A stretch of DNA of 63,254 nt, the filler included, from Aduncisulcus paluster (lineage: Eukaryota), in the NCBI GenBank assembly GCA_024181965.1. It is 4 parts of 4 records of this genome, joined end to end, with 100 filler letters (N's around TTAATTAATTAA, not from the genome) between each part and the next. Parts side by side here need not be neighbours in the genome. Positions count along the whole stretch, not along the records: positions 1 to 25,922 come from BQXS01012717.1; 3 more parts are not named here. One strand, written 5' to 3'. The first letter of the stretch is position 1, and each line of letters begins with the position of its first letter. Both the position numbers and the translations under genes were made by a program. The notes below the pieces were generated by a model that had not been told where the DNA came from, ran no database searches, and worked only from the letters and a program-made list of their open reading frames with translations. Of this stretch, positions 1 to 12,600 are shown piece by piece.

Positions 1-1
1 T

Positions 2-144
2 GAGGAAAGATCTTTGAGACAGTCTGTGTATGATTTTGTTGAACACACAGGTGGAGGCGTGGAATCTTTATTTGATCATGAAATGTGTCATGTTTCATTT
101 GAAGGGTATGATCAGGAATCATGGAGGGAAGGAATGGAAATATT

Positions 145-180
<36 letters not shown>

Positions 181-193
181 AGAAGAAGAAGAG

Positions 194-225
<32 letters not shown>

Positions 226-277
226 GGAGGAGGAAGCAGTGTGGAGGATCCGTGATTGGAGGGGTTTCATTTATTAG
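2..277 (+). CDS. 3' end of a hypothetical protein with a C-terminal poly-Glu tract (5'-partial)
   Basis: Frame is open from the window edge (gag gaa aga tct ttg...) to TAG at 275-277; (GAR)n tract at about 146-235. Confidence 0.55.
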
Positions 278-408
278 TAGACTTTCAAGAAGACTAACAT
301 TGCACACTACAATTTATCCACTGCAAGATTTCTGAGAAACTCAGTGAAATACAAAATGTTAAAATAGAGGCATCTGATTGAAAATAATAATCGACTTCTC
401 CGCTCTCC

Positions 409-647
409 TGAAGCGGCTTCATTGTTGTTGAATAACCGGTTGTTACCGGCATGTACCGGCTCTAATTCTCATAAATAAATTTGCTACCCACCCTTATTAG
501 GGTTAATATCATGAAAATCAAGTGTTTGTGACACAAATGTTTGTATCTTTCCCGAGATCTTTGAAGACATCCAATAATTCGTAGAGGTGTTCAGTGAATG
601 TTCAACTTGAACATGTTCAAGTTCTTTGGATTCATTTCAAATGAATC
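409..647. repeat. Array of short inverted repeats between two convergent 3' ends
   Basis: tgaagc-g-gcttca; tttgtg-a-cacaaa; tgttcaa-c-ttgaaca; perfect 20-bp palindrome aacttgaacatgttcaagtt (604-623); gattcattt-c-aaatgaatc. Confidence 0.8.
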
Positions 648-670
648 ATTTGGGATTTTTAGTAAATGAT

Positions 671-3600
671 TTATTGAGAATCACATTCACTACTTTCATC
701 CTCCGATTCATGAATCTTACCATCAGATTCTCTTTTGTGATCACTTTGTTTGGGTTTTGATGTAAACAGATGTTGATTCTTTTCAGACGCCATTTCAAAG
801 CTAAAATACTCCTCAGAAGGAAATGATGCAATTTTTTTCAATAGAGGAGGTGCAATTTTCTGATCATCATGTAGATGTTTTTCTGCAGCTGATTTCTCAA
901 TAAGATCATCTTTCCTATGAATACGATGATCATGATTGTGTTTTCTGTGACTTGAACAACTTTTAGATGCTGGTTCAATATGATATTTTCCTTCATCTTT
1001 CTTCACTTTTGTTCTTCTTTTAATTACTTCTGATGATCCAAAATGGGGTTGTTGAATAGGAAGAATATGACTATCAAAAAATTCAACTCGATCATCAATT
1101 CCAATTCCTTTTCCTTCATCTTCAACGTCCAAGGGCAATTCAGGGTGTTCTGAGAGTGAAGAAGAAGATGATGAAGAAGACGGTGAGAATGATCTAAAAA
1201 TAGGAGACTTGGATGTAGCTATTTTTGGACTTATTGTGGTTGAACTGCGTGGACTCTCAAAGGCATCATAAATCTTAAACCCAACAATGGATTCGAGATT
1301 CAATTTAAATATCTTGATTGGAAATTCTAAATGTGAAAATCCATAAAACCTATCCAAAACCAAAGAAATCTGATATCTTTCCTTCGAGGAATCGAAAATA
1401 ACATTTTCACCTGCGTGTTTATATCTTTCTTCCTCTTCTTTTGAAAACTCATATCTTATTCTTTCGGTGGGTTCTCTTTTTCTTCCTTCTTCTTTTTGGG
1501 TTTTGTTCTTCTCACCATTTCTATTTATAGAGGTGGATTTTTCATCATAACACAAGTAATCATCGAAAACTAGGAGATTTTTGTAGAAATACAATAGAAG
1601 AATCGTATTTTCAAACAATTTCAAAACAATAACGATCAATCTGTCTGAGGAAAGTTTTGGAGAAAGAATCATTTTTATCATATTGTATATCCATCTAATC
1701 ACAGCCAATCTGCTCAAGGAACAAAAAGAGATTCTGTGAATCCATGTGGTACAAGAATATATAATATAGACCAATCTTTCAGAAGAAGTTGAGAGATTGT
1801 AATCATAAAGATAATTGCAATATTCAGGACCTTGTTGGTTGGATATATGAGATTTTTGATATTGGCAAACAATAGCATCTTTATCTTTCTTCTCATTCTT
1901 GCTTTCTTGTTCGTGTTCATCTATTTTCTCTGGATTGATCTTGTGTTCGAAAGGAGAAGAAGAGAGAAGAGAGTAAGAGGAAGGAGAAAGTTGGAACTCA
2001 TTTTGAATGAATTGTTCAAATAAAACCTTTAATCTATCACAAAATGAGGGAGTCAACAAGAAAGTACATGAAAAAGAGTGAATAAGAGACTCTGCAAAGA
2101 TGGAATACAGCCAACTTTCATCCATTTTGTGGGAGATTGAGATGAGATTTGCATTGGCAAAAAATATGGAAAACCCCGAATATATGGGAGATGATGAATT
2201 CTCAGAATTATCAAAATAAGAGCAATGAGAAGAAGAAGAACCATAAGAAGGAGCATTTTCAGGTGAAAAGGAGAGAAGAAACTCATAGATTCCATATTCA
2301 AGATCTCCAATAATAGATTCGTGTTGAGGACATAGTATTTTGGGAATCTGACCACATTTCGATGCCCGAACAATATCCCGGCACTGGTTTCTAAAAATAG
2401 TGGACTTTCTCAAGTCATAGCAAAACATGGAACAATAGTTCAAATCAAAGAATATGTGGTTCTTATCGGATATTTTCTGCCACAAATATGAAAAAGAGTG
2501 AGTTTCATAGAAAATGAGGGAGTCAACAAGAAAGTACATGAAAAAGAGTGAATAAGAGACTCTGCAAAGATGGAATACAGCCAACTTTCATCCATTTTGT
2601 GGGAGATTGAGATGAGATTTGCATTGGCAAAAAATATGGAAAACCCCGAATATATGGGAGATGATGAATTCTCAGAATTATCAAAATAAGAGCAATGAGA
2701 AGAAGAAGAACCATAAGAAGGAGCATTTTCAGGTGAAAAGGAGAGAAGAAACTCATAGATTCCATATTCAAGATCTCCAATAATAGATTCGTGTTGAGGA
2801 CATAGTATTTTGGGAATCTGACCACATTTCGATGCCCGAACAATATCCCGGCACTGGTTTCTAAAAATAGTGGACTTTCTCAAGTCATAGCAAAACATGG
2901 AACAATAGTTCAAATATGAAAAAGAGTGAATAAGAGACTCTGCAAAGATGGAATACAGCCAACTTTCATCCATTTTGTGGGAGATTGAGATGAGATTTGC
3001 ATTGGCAAAAAATATGGAAAACCCCGAATATATGGGAGATGATGAATTCTCAGAATTATCAAAATAAGAGCAATGAGAAGAAGAAGAACCATAAGAAGGA
3101 GCATTTTCAGGTGAAAAGGAGAGAAGAAACTCATAGATTCCATATTCAAGATCTCCAATAATAGATTCGTGTTGAGGACATAGTATTTTGGGAATCTGAC
3201 CACATTTCGATGCCCGAACAATATCCCGGCACTGGTTTCTAAAAATAGTGGACTTTCTCAAGTCATAGCAAAACATGGAACAATAGTTCAAATCAAAGAA
3301 TATGTGGTTCTTATCGGATATTTTCTGCCACAAATATGAAAAAGAGTGAGTTTCATAGAGAGTATCTCGAATATAACGAGAAATCATATTTCTGGTGATT
3401 CGTATATTTATGGGAATATATCTCTGAACAAAAGGCTTCCGAGTTCTAACAGATAAGAGATGCTTAACTGAGCGAAAAATTTGATTTTCAACAATTTCTT
3501 CTTGTTTTTCTTTCTTCTTCTTCTTCTTCTTCTTCTTCCTTTTTTTCAAGTTTGAAATTTTGGTGATTTGAAGCCTTCAAATATTCATTTTCTTTAGATT

Positions 3601-6600
3601 CTTCGGCCATACAGACTTTTTCAATCATTCTTCTAGAAGAAAGAAGACAATTTTTGTAATTGAAACATGTTTTGTTTTTGATCGGATCTGAGCTAATTCC
3701 AAAATAGCAATTTTGGCATATTTCTTGAAATTCTCTTCTAATTTTAGAAACGGGATCCTCATCAGTTTCTTGGAAATTATTAAAACAGTTGTAATTTTCC
3801 TCGTGTCTAAAAATAGATACAGAGCCATCTTCATAGATTATCATGTATTCTTTCTCATGTATTCTTTTCTTCCCTTTTCCATCCTTTTCTTCCTTTTCTT
3901 CCTTTTCTTTCTCCTTATGATCATCAAGATCTTGACTTTCTTCACTCAATATTGCGCTCGAAGAAATAGTTTCAAAAGATGAAGATGAAGAGGAAGATGA
4001 AGAGGAAGAGTGAAGAAAACTCTCTTGGTCATGATCAAATTCTGATATTTCAGAATCATCAGGCAATTGTGATTGTTGTGTTTCGACTATTGTAAAACCT
4101 TTAACAAGCATATCTAAATGTGTCGAATCTCCGTGACAATAGTCAGAACTCAAACAATCAAGGATTTCAGCGTGCCTGAAAATGTTACAAAACATGGAGT
4201 AAAAAAACAAAATGATGGAAATGTCCTCAGAGGAAAACCAGAGAGAAAACTCATTTGAATGTTTAGCAAATGAGATAGTCTCTCTCTCTTTATCTCTTTT
4301 CTTCCTTGCATTTCTTTTATCAATAACATCCTCATCAATAATACCTGTAATTTGATTGAAGAAAACATTCGGTGTGTTCAAATTTATCTTCTCGTCATCT
4401 TTCAGAGAGAAAATAACATTTAATTTCTGGTGTTTTTCAACATTTGACATATTTCTTCGAATAGAAGCGCCTTTCTTGTATTGGTTTTGTTTTTGTTTCT
4501 CAACATACTGAGAATTCCTTCTATTTTTAGATGAATGTAGGCTCAAAGGAGTTTTTGATCTAAATAAACAACTATTTTCCCTCATCTTGCTTCTTTTTCT
4601 CCTTTCTTCTTCTTCATCTTCTTCTTCAAGTCGACGGGGTCTGAAACAAAGTGATGTAACGGATGAAATGGATTGTTTTGATGTGCTGGAAACTGTTGAA
4701 GAAGAGGGGTTTGAAATGGGTTCAACCTTAATATTTACAGGAAAAGCATAATTTCTAGCCAACTGTCTAAATAATAGAAACAAAACTTCTTGAAAACATT
4801 TTAACACTAGAGTTTGTCTGGAAAATGAGACGGAACAAATTATTTTCAAAACATAAAGAGATTTGAGAAAAATCTTCTTTGGAACATCAGGTATTTCAAA
4901 TATTGTGAATAGGATTAATTTACACAATTGACTCCGAGATATCTTCATTATACAGGAATTTCGAATGGAAGGAGATGACAATAAGACAATATCATTCACA
5001 ATTTCTATCATGATATTTCTAATTGCTATTGATTGACTCATTGTATTTTCGGCAAAAACACTAAGAATACATGTCAAATCGGACGAAACATTATATAAAT
5101 GTTGACCAAAATAGGGGGAAATTTGTGTGAAAAATCGTCTTATTTTGAACAAGATAATAGCTTTAACTTTATCTACCAAGAAAAATGAACAAAAAGAAGA
5201 AGAAGAATAGGAAGAGGAAGAGGAAGAGCTCCCAAATATGTTTAACAATATATTGTGGATTATTTTAAGAACATAGGTAATTGGCAAGCAATTGGTACAA
5301 ATTAAACATAATAATTTATAAAATTGAAAAGAAGGGAGATAGAACAATATAAGAGACTCTGGAATGGTTGAATAAAGAAGTAGAGTTCGTAAAAAGAAGA
5401 AATAATCGAATTTATCACACATTTGAAGACTGTTTCTTCGAGGAATAACCGTTCGTTCAAGTTTCATAGGATCGAGATTTAATTCTTTTTGCTTATCAAA
5501 CATATATTGAATAACTATTTCTTCATGGTTAAGATTCTCATAATTCGGAACGGTAAATTTATGGCAAAAATGATGACTTTTCTCCTGTTCATTTTCGTCT
5601 TGGTCTCTTTGGATTTCTTTCCTTTTTTTCAATTTTTCAGGAACCAAATTTTGATAATATTGTTGAACTCGTGTACAATATTTTGTAAAAATAGTCTCTA
5701 TTGTTCTTAAAATAGAATATGAGATACAACTCCAAGGAAGTGATTGATTTCTTCGATTCTTTTTAAACCTCAATCTTGTCAACTTCTTGAATCTATGATA
5801 GTTTAAATGAGCATTTCTAAAATCAATAAATGCCGGTTCAAAACAATTTGGAGATGTTTGAGAAGAAGAAGAATTTTTTGGAAGTTGATTATCAAATTGG
5901 AATTTTTTGTTCATTTTCTTTTCCCTTCTTTCTTTCTTCCTTTTCTTTCGATATTCAATAACCATCTTAAATACCCTTCGAAAACAGATCATTATAATTT
6001 CAATCGTTTCGTCACACTGATATCTAATTTTAGAAATTAAATAGATAATGAGAAACTGTACAGTTGGAACAACGCATTCCTCATCCATCAGATTGATTGT
6101 TCTAAAAATAATGTCACCGATCGGTGTTATTCCGAGGAATGAAGCAGATGGATAGGCTATTCTATGATGAAATGAGATGGAATCGATTCCTCTTTCAAGA
6201 ATTGTTGACAAATCTCTTCTAATTATTGCAGGCGGGATGTATGATAATATTTCACCTACAAGAAAGGCTTCAGGTTGAAGTGGAATGAAATGCGCTTGTG
6301 ACACGTCTGATATTGTATTTATATTCTTCACAGCAGATATTACAAAGTTTGTGGCGATGCGAGCCATCGATGAGATCATCTTTGAATCCTTCTCTTCGCC
6401 TGTTGTTGGAGCCATATTATCCTCTTCTCTTCTTCCTTCTCTTTCAATCTGTTGTTTTGCTTCTGGTTGTTTTGATTCTAGTTGTTTTGATTCTGGTGGT
6501 TTTGATTCTGGTTGTTTGCTTTGAGTTGTCGTTAAAACAGGGGAAAGAGGATGATAAATTGATGATGCGACAGCGGAAGTTGGAAGAATTTGATTTGTGT

Positions 6601-9600
6601 CAAACAAACGGAACAAAAATGCCTCATATGCTCTAGGACATTGTATGATAGTTTCCCGAATCAGTTTCTTCATTATGGTTGTTTGATAGACAAATCTATT
6701 TATATCTTCAATGTTGATGTTACCAGTCAAGTTATTTTTAGAAGAGCTCATAAATCTATTTTTAGAACTAAACTGGAGTAAATAAGATATATATAGATCT
6801 CCAAAGCGGTACTGAAGAGTTTTAAATGCCTCAAAACTCTTCCAAGAATGTGCCATTAATGAAATCAAGCCATTAATTTCTGAATTAGGTGAAAAAATGA
6901 TGCAATCCAATATGATTCGAAATAAGGCCAAAACCTCAATAAATACGATATCTCTCGAAGCCCTCATTCTTCTTTCAGTGATTCTCTGCAGTGTCCTTCT
7001 GAAAAGAGGATGACAAGTCTGAGATGGAATACCTTTTCTCTTTCTTTCTCTTTCTCATCGACTTCTCTTTCTTTCCTCTTTTTCTCATCAATAACATCTT
7101 CTTTTTCTTTCCTCGCTTGAAAAATATCCTTGTACAATTCACTAAAAGTCGATTGTTCTGATGGAGAAAGGTCTGAAAACAAGAATTTGTGTTTGTGATG
7201 GCGTGATTTCTTTTGGTTTGTTGGTGGATTAATTCCTCCTCCTGCACATCCACCAACAAAAGAACGAGATTCTTCCTCTTTCAAGATAATTTGGGTTTTC
7301 TTTGCTTCTAGAGTATCTCGAATATAACGAGAAATCATATTTNNNNNNNNNNNNNNNNNNNNATGGAATACCTTTTCTCTTTCTTTCTTTCTCTTTCTCA
7401 TCGACTTCTCTTTCTTTCCTCTTTTTCTCATCAATAACATCTTCTTTTTCTTTCCTCGCTTGAAAAATATCCTTGTACAATTCACTAAAAGTCGATTGTT
7501 CTGATGGAGAAAGGTCTGAAAACAAGAATTTGTGTTTGTGATGGCGTGATTTCTTTTGGTTTGTTGGTGGATTAATTCCTCCTCCTGCACATCCACCAAC
7601 AAAAGAACGAGATTCTTCCTCTTTCAAGATAATTTGGGTTTTCTTTGCTTCTTCTCTTTCTTCTTCTCCTTCTTCTTCTCTTCTTCTCTTTTCTTCTTGT
7701 TCATGATTATGGATTTTTAATCTCTTCTTTAGAGAACGCGAGAAGATTGAAGAAGGATGTAAAGTTCCAGAAAAATTATAAGATAGCGATCTATCAGTTG
7801 GTTTTGGCATTTGAAAGGATGGATGTTGCATTCCTTTGGTTATCTGATATTCAGGAAAGAACTCAAAAGATCTATCGGCTGAAACATGTACATTCTCATC
7901 ACTCGATATTTCTCCATCTGATTTAGAGATATTTACAAAACTAGAGTCATCGACTGTGTGAAATCCTTTGCGTTTGAACATAATCGATATTATGTTGCCT
8001 AGAAATCTAGTAGTCAATATAATTCCTGAGAAAATTGAGGAATAATATGTTTTGCTCATCAAAATGCACGGAGAAGGTAATGGTTCCAATTGTTCAGTTA
8101 GAAATGTTGATCTTTTTGTCTTTCTTTCCCTTCTTCTTCTTCTTCTTCTTCTTCTTCTTCCTCTTCCTCTTCTTCTTCTGCATAATAGACAATTTGATCT
8201 GAGTCTTGGAATTCCAATGAAGCAGTTGAAGGAGTAGATACTAACACCGGAGACATAAAATGCTGATTATTAGCATTATTAGGAGATAAAATACACTCTT
8301 CCTCTGCTTTTTCGTCGTCACTGACACGTGATACTTCCGATGTTCTTGATTTATCTGTTGTGATGGGTTGTAATAATGAGGTTTTTTCTTGGAGGTTTTC
8401 ATAATCTTCTTTCTCTTGCTGCTTTCTCTTCATAGTTTCAACCCAGAGCTTTTTGTGATGGAGAACATCTCTCGCTTTAATTTGCATTACTTGAATCAAT
8501 TCATAAATAGTTTTTGCGCCAGATTGTGCGCAATAGTTTATAATGGCCTTATTAAACATGTTCTTAAGCAAATTCATTTGATGTTTTTGCTGCTTAGAAT
8601 TGGCTCTTTCAAATGGTTTTAGTTTGAATAGATGATGTGGTTTCGTTTCAACCATAATAAATTCATTCAATATAGAACAAACACCAATATTTGTTTCATT
8701 ATTGGGCAAGTTATTTGAATCAAAACCATTATTACGAGAAATAAACCTATCATCGCCAAAACAAGACCGAGAAGACTGAGACCGAGAAGACTGAGACCGA
8801 GAAGAAGTACAAGCACAGTCTGGAGAGTGATGTTTGCCCAATGGAAATATAGTGGGATGTCCTTTGGAGACCATATGTATAAATAAGGACATGATTCGGT
8901 CACCAACAAATCTCATAAATGTTGTAGGATTTTTCACCCAAAATGTTGCACTTTCGATCATTTTATGGGCACAAATTCGTATTACAGGAGATGGAGAGAA
9001 CAAAAAGAACAAGAGTCTAGAGAAATGGCGTGAAATGAAAGAAATCGAATTTGGTACAGATTTTTTAATCTTTGAAATCCTTGCCTTTTTTTGATCTCTA
9101 AAGACTGATTTATATTGTGTTGCGACACCTTTCCAAATAGAAAGAGAGACAGGGAAATGGGATGATATAATTAGATCATTAGCAAACATGTCAGGACTTA
9201 TTACATCATAAATATTGGGAACTCCATGGTTTTCTTGGTCAGAAAGAGCGTCAACAAGAAAAACTCCGATAATTTTTCTATAAAATATTTCCAATAAATA
9301 TTCTTGGAACGGAATAAAGCTTGCTTTGAATGAGAGTTCCCAAATGAAGGGATAGAAACCAGAAATATGTTGGGGAAATTCACTCGTAATTCTTTGAAAT
9401 AAAGTAATTGTCAAATGAAGGATAATATTCATTATTCTTACATATTTGAGGTTATAAAGAAATGCTACATTATCCCATACACAATTTTCACACCAAGAAT
9501 TATCAACAGGAATATATATATCCAACGAATGGACAATGTAAGCAAGTATAGAAAAAAGCTGTCTAAAATAATGGTTGAAACAGGATTCCTTAGAGAGAAG

Positions 9601-12600
9601 CATGTTGAAAATGTCAGATATTTTCCTTATTGATATATCCCAAACTGAACAAGAAGAAGCAGCAGCGGATGAACTTGTGATAAAAGATGTAGAAATAGAA
9701 GAAGAACTGTGATTATCAGAATTTGGATGATGATTCATTCCAGACGTTCCAGAGTCTGTTGATCTATTTATAGAACTCTGAGAAGAAGAAGGGGGAAAGA
9801 ATAGATATCTTTTTGATTCCAATAGGGAAATATCATTGACAAAGGCAAGATATTCCGATTCGGAGATGGAAAATTCTGATAAAAACAATTGACCATTTTC
9901 AGATATCAAGAATTTAAACATATCAAAGCATTTGCTAATGTTCCAGTCCATTGAGAAAAACATGTTAACAAGACATTTTGAGGAAGACATCAAAACGCCT
10001 AAAGATCCAGTGAATAAAGAATCCAAGAAACAAACAATTAATTGTAATTTGCTCAGAGTGGAATTGTAATATTTTGTTATTTCTGATAATCTCAGTAATT
10101 GAGATTCTTCTGTTGATTTTTGCCGCTGAAATCTTGATGATGAAGAAGAACCTGAGATCTTTTTTGAATGATGTGGTTTGGATAGTTTTGATGAAGAACT
10201 CTTACTCTTGTCTTCTTCCACTTCCTCTTCCTTCTTTTCTGTCTCTTTCTCTAATTCATGGTCATCGGAGAGAGAGTCGATAAGGTACTCTGATTCATTG
10301 TATTGGTATACATTCTCAAATGATCGGATATATTCAACAACGATTGGGGATCTTTTACATTTTGCAAGGATCATTGATATAAGTTCCAAAGAATCACGAT
10401 AGCATCTCAATTTTGGCTTCGATTGTGGAATAGAAGATGAAGTTTTTGTTGTTTGAGGAACAGAAATATTGGAAGAAAGAAGAAGAAGAAGAAGAGGATG
10501 GATGAATTTGGATAGATTGGGGATTCAAAGGTGATGAAACAATAATGTCTTCAACTCTTCGAATCGCACGCTGACCTCTGGCCTCATGGTTATCTTCTCC
10601 TCTTTTGCTTCTGTCTGATATGCTTGGTTCTTCTTTCTCGCTATCTCTATTTTTGGCATAATGACTATTTCGAGTTTTATCCGTGAAAATAGCTTTGAGG
10701 TTGGCGGATAACAGATAAATCTTTGAATAACGAAGCCGTTTGGACCATTTTTTAGAACGAATCTTCTTCTTTTTCTTTTCCTTAAATACTATTTGTTTTG
10801 TCGTTGTTGTCACATCAAAAGTAGTCGTGTCAGTTTCAGAAATTTGTTGTTCTGAGGAATAATATTTTCTATTTTTAGACACGCCGGTTTTTCTTCCACT
10901 TCTTTTTGATTTGTCTTTGGAAACACGAAATTTATCCCGGGAAGATGAAAGAAAATATAATAATCGTTGTGTTTGAGTTTTTTGACCGCCTTTAGGAAGA
11001 GAGGAGAGAGAAGAAAGAGAAGATTGTTCAACGTGATAAACTCCATGATGTTTCTGGGGTCGTATGGTGGTATTGAGTTTGTTTTTCTTCTTATGACGAT
11101 TTTTGTGTTGCGATTCCTTAGCAAACTTCTCTTTGAGAATCAAAATTGTTTGTTGCTTTTCTTCCTTTTCTTCATCTCGCCTAACTTTAGCGCGAATTCT
11201 TTCCTCTTCATCGATAGCTAAAACAGGTCGATCTTGTTGTTGCTGGTTCATCTGCCCTGAAATTTGTTGTTCTAAAAATAGATCAGTGTAGAAATAATTA
11301 TTATTGTAATAATTATTATAGAACATGTGATACGACAAACAAAGCTCCATGAGGAAAATAAGATCCAAACTATCTAATTCACTCAAATACTGAGCCGATT
11401 TGAGAAACTCCGATAATTTCACACCGCTTATTCCGAGGATATTTGGAGATTGGATGATATTTCGGATAGATACAACATTTCGATTCGAAACGGCTAAAAG
11501 CTTGTATATAAGACAATTCCAAACAAATTTACAGATTCTGGAATATTTATAGACAGTTTTCGAGGGAATTTGGACCAATTGAGAATGTTTGATATCTATA
11601 ATTGGACACAAAAAGAGGAACGATTTTGGGAAATACTGAATCGGGGCTGTTATTTTACAATGAATAATCGAAAACAACAGATTGAAAACTAATTTTCCAT
11701 AAGTTTTTTGAATATGGAATGGGGAATTTCTCAAACATATTCCAATTATGGTAAAATATCCATATAAAAGAATAGGAGAACAAAGAGAAGCAGTATAATT
11801 ATTTTCATTTTTTTCTTCATTCGATTCGACCTTGGGGCGGGGATGAGATTTTTTAGAACTCGTATTATAATCCTTATCTTCATCTTGATCTTGAAGAAGG
11901 CTTGAGAGAACTATATTTAGAACGTATGGGATAATATGAGTCCTATTTATAGATTTTTGAGAAGAAGAAGTACATTTCTGATCTTTGTCTTTGTCTTCAA
12001 AGATAACGAAGTAAAATGAAAGATAGCGAAGGATTTCAATGCAAAGAGACCAAGACTTGAAACATTTTCTTAACCACATCAGAGATAGTGATCTTGCAAG
12101 AAACGTAACGATGGAATCAAATATCTGAACCGATATAGAAAGGAAAGGAGCAGAAGAAATATCACGGGCACCAATGGTGCTATTCTTTTCCATATTTCCA
12201 TCAAATTTTGATTGTCTTGATTGTTTGGATGTTTGAGAAGAAGAGGAATAGGAAGATGAAGAAGATGCTGATTTGGATGATGGATTTGGCGAAACAGACG
12301 GTTTGGGATTTGATGATTCTCTTGTTCTATTTTTAGCACTATCATATTCAGTGTCAGAGCAAGACGTATGTATATGTGATTTTCTTGTGATTTTTCGATA
12401 TAAATAGACATATAAACTAAAACCAAATTTAAAATCACAAACACAAGATGAGAAAGAATGGTCCTCAAATGATGAAGTCCTATTTATAGATTTTTGAGAA
12501 GAAGAAGGAAGAGAACGAATCGAAGAAGGGGATTCTAAATTGGAATGCTTTGATCCAGATTTAGAATCAGATTTCTTAGATCCATTATTTTTAGATTTAG

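Noticed and set aside
2043..3358. Triplicated domain in the giant protein
   Set aside because: Copies are identical at DNA level, have ragged frame-breaking ends, and match the size of other assembly duplicates.
7310..7342. 33-bp segment identical to 3359-3391 as a recombination site or element end
   Set aside because: It lies directly against an N gap and next to another duplicated block; chimeric gap filling is more likely.
6451..8803. 15-bp tandem repeats (SKQPE-type at about 6451-6517, SRSQS-type at about 8765-8803) as CRISPR-like arrays
   Set aside because: In-frame coding minisatellites with no spacers and no cas genes; the context is eukaryotic.
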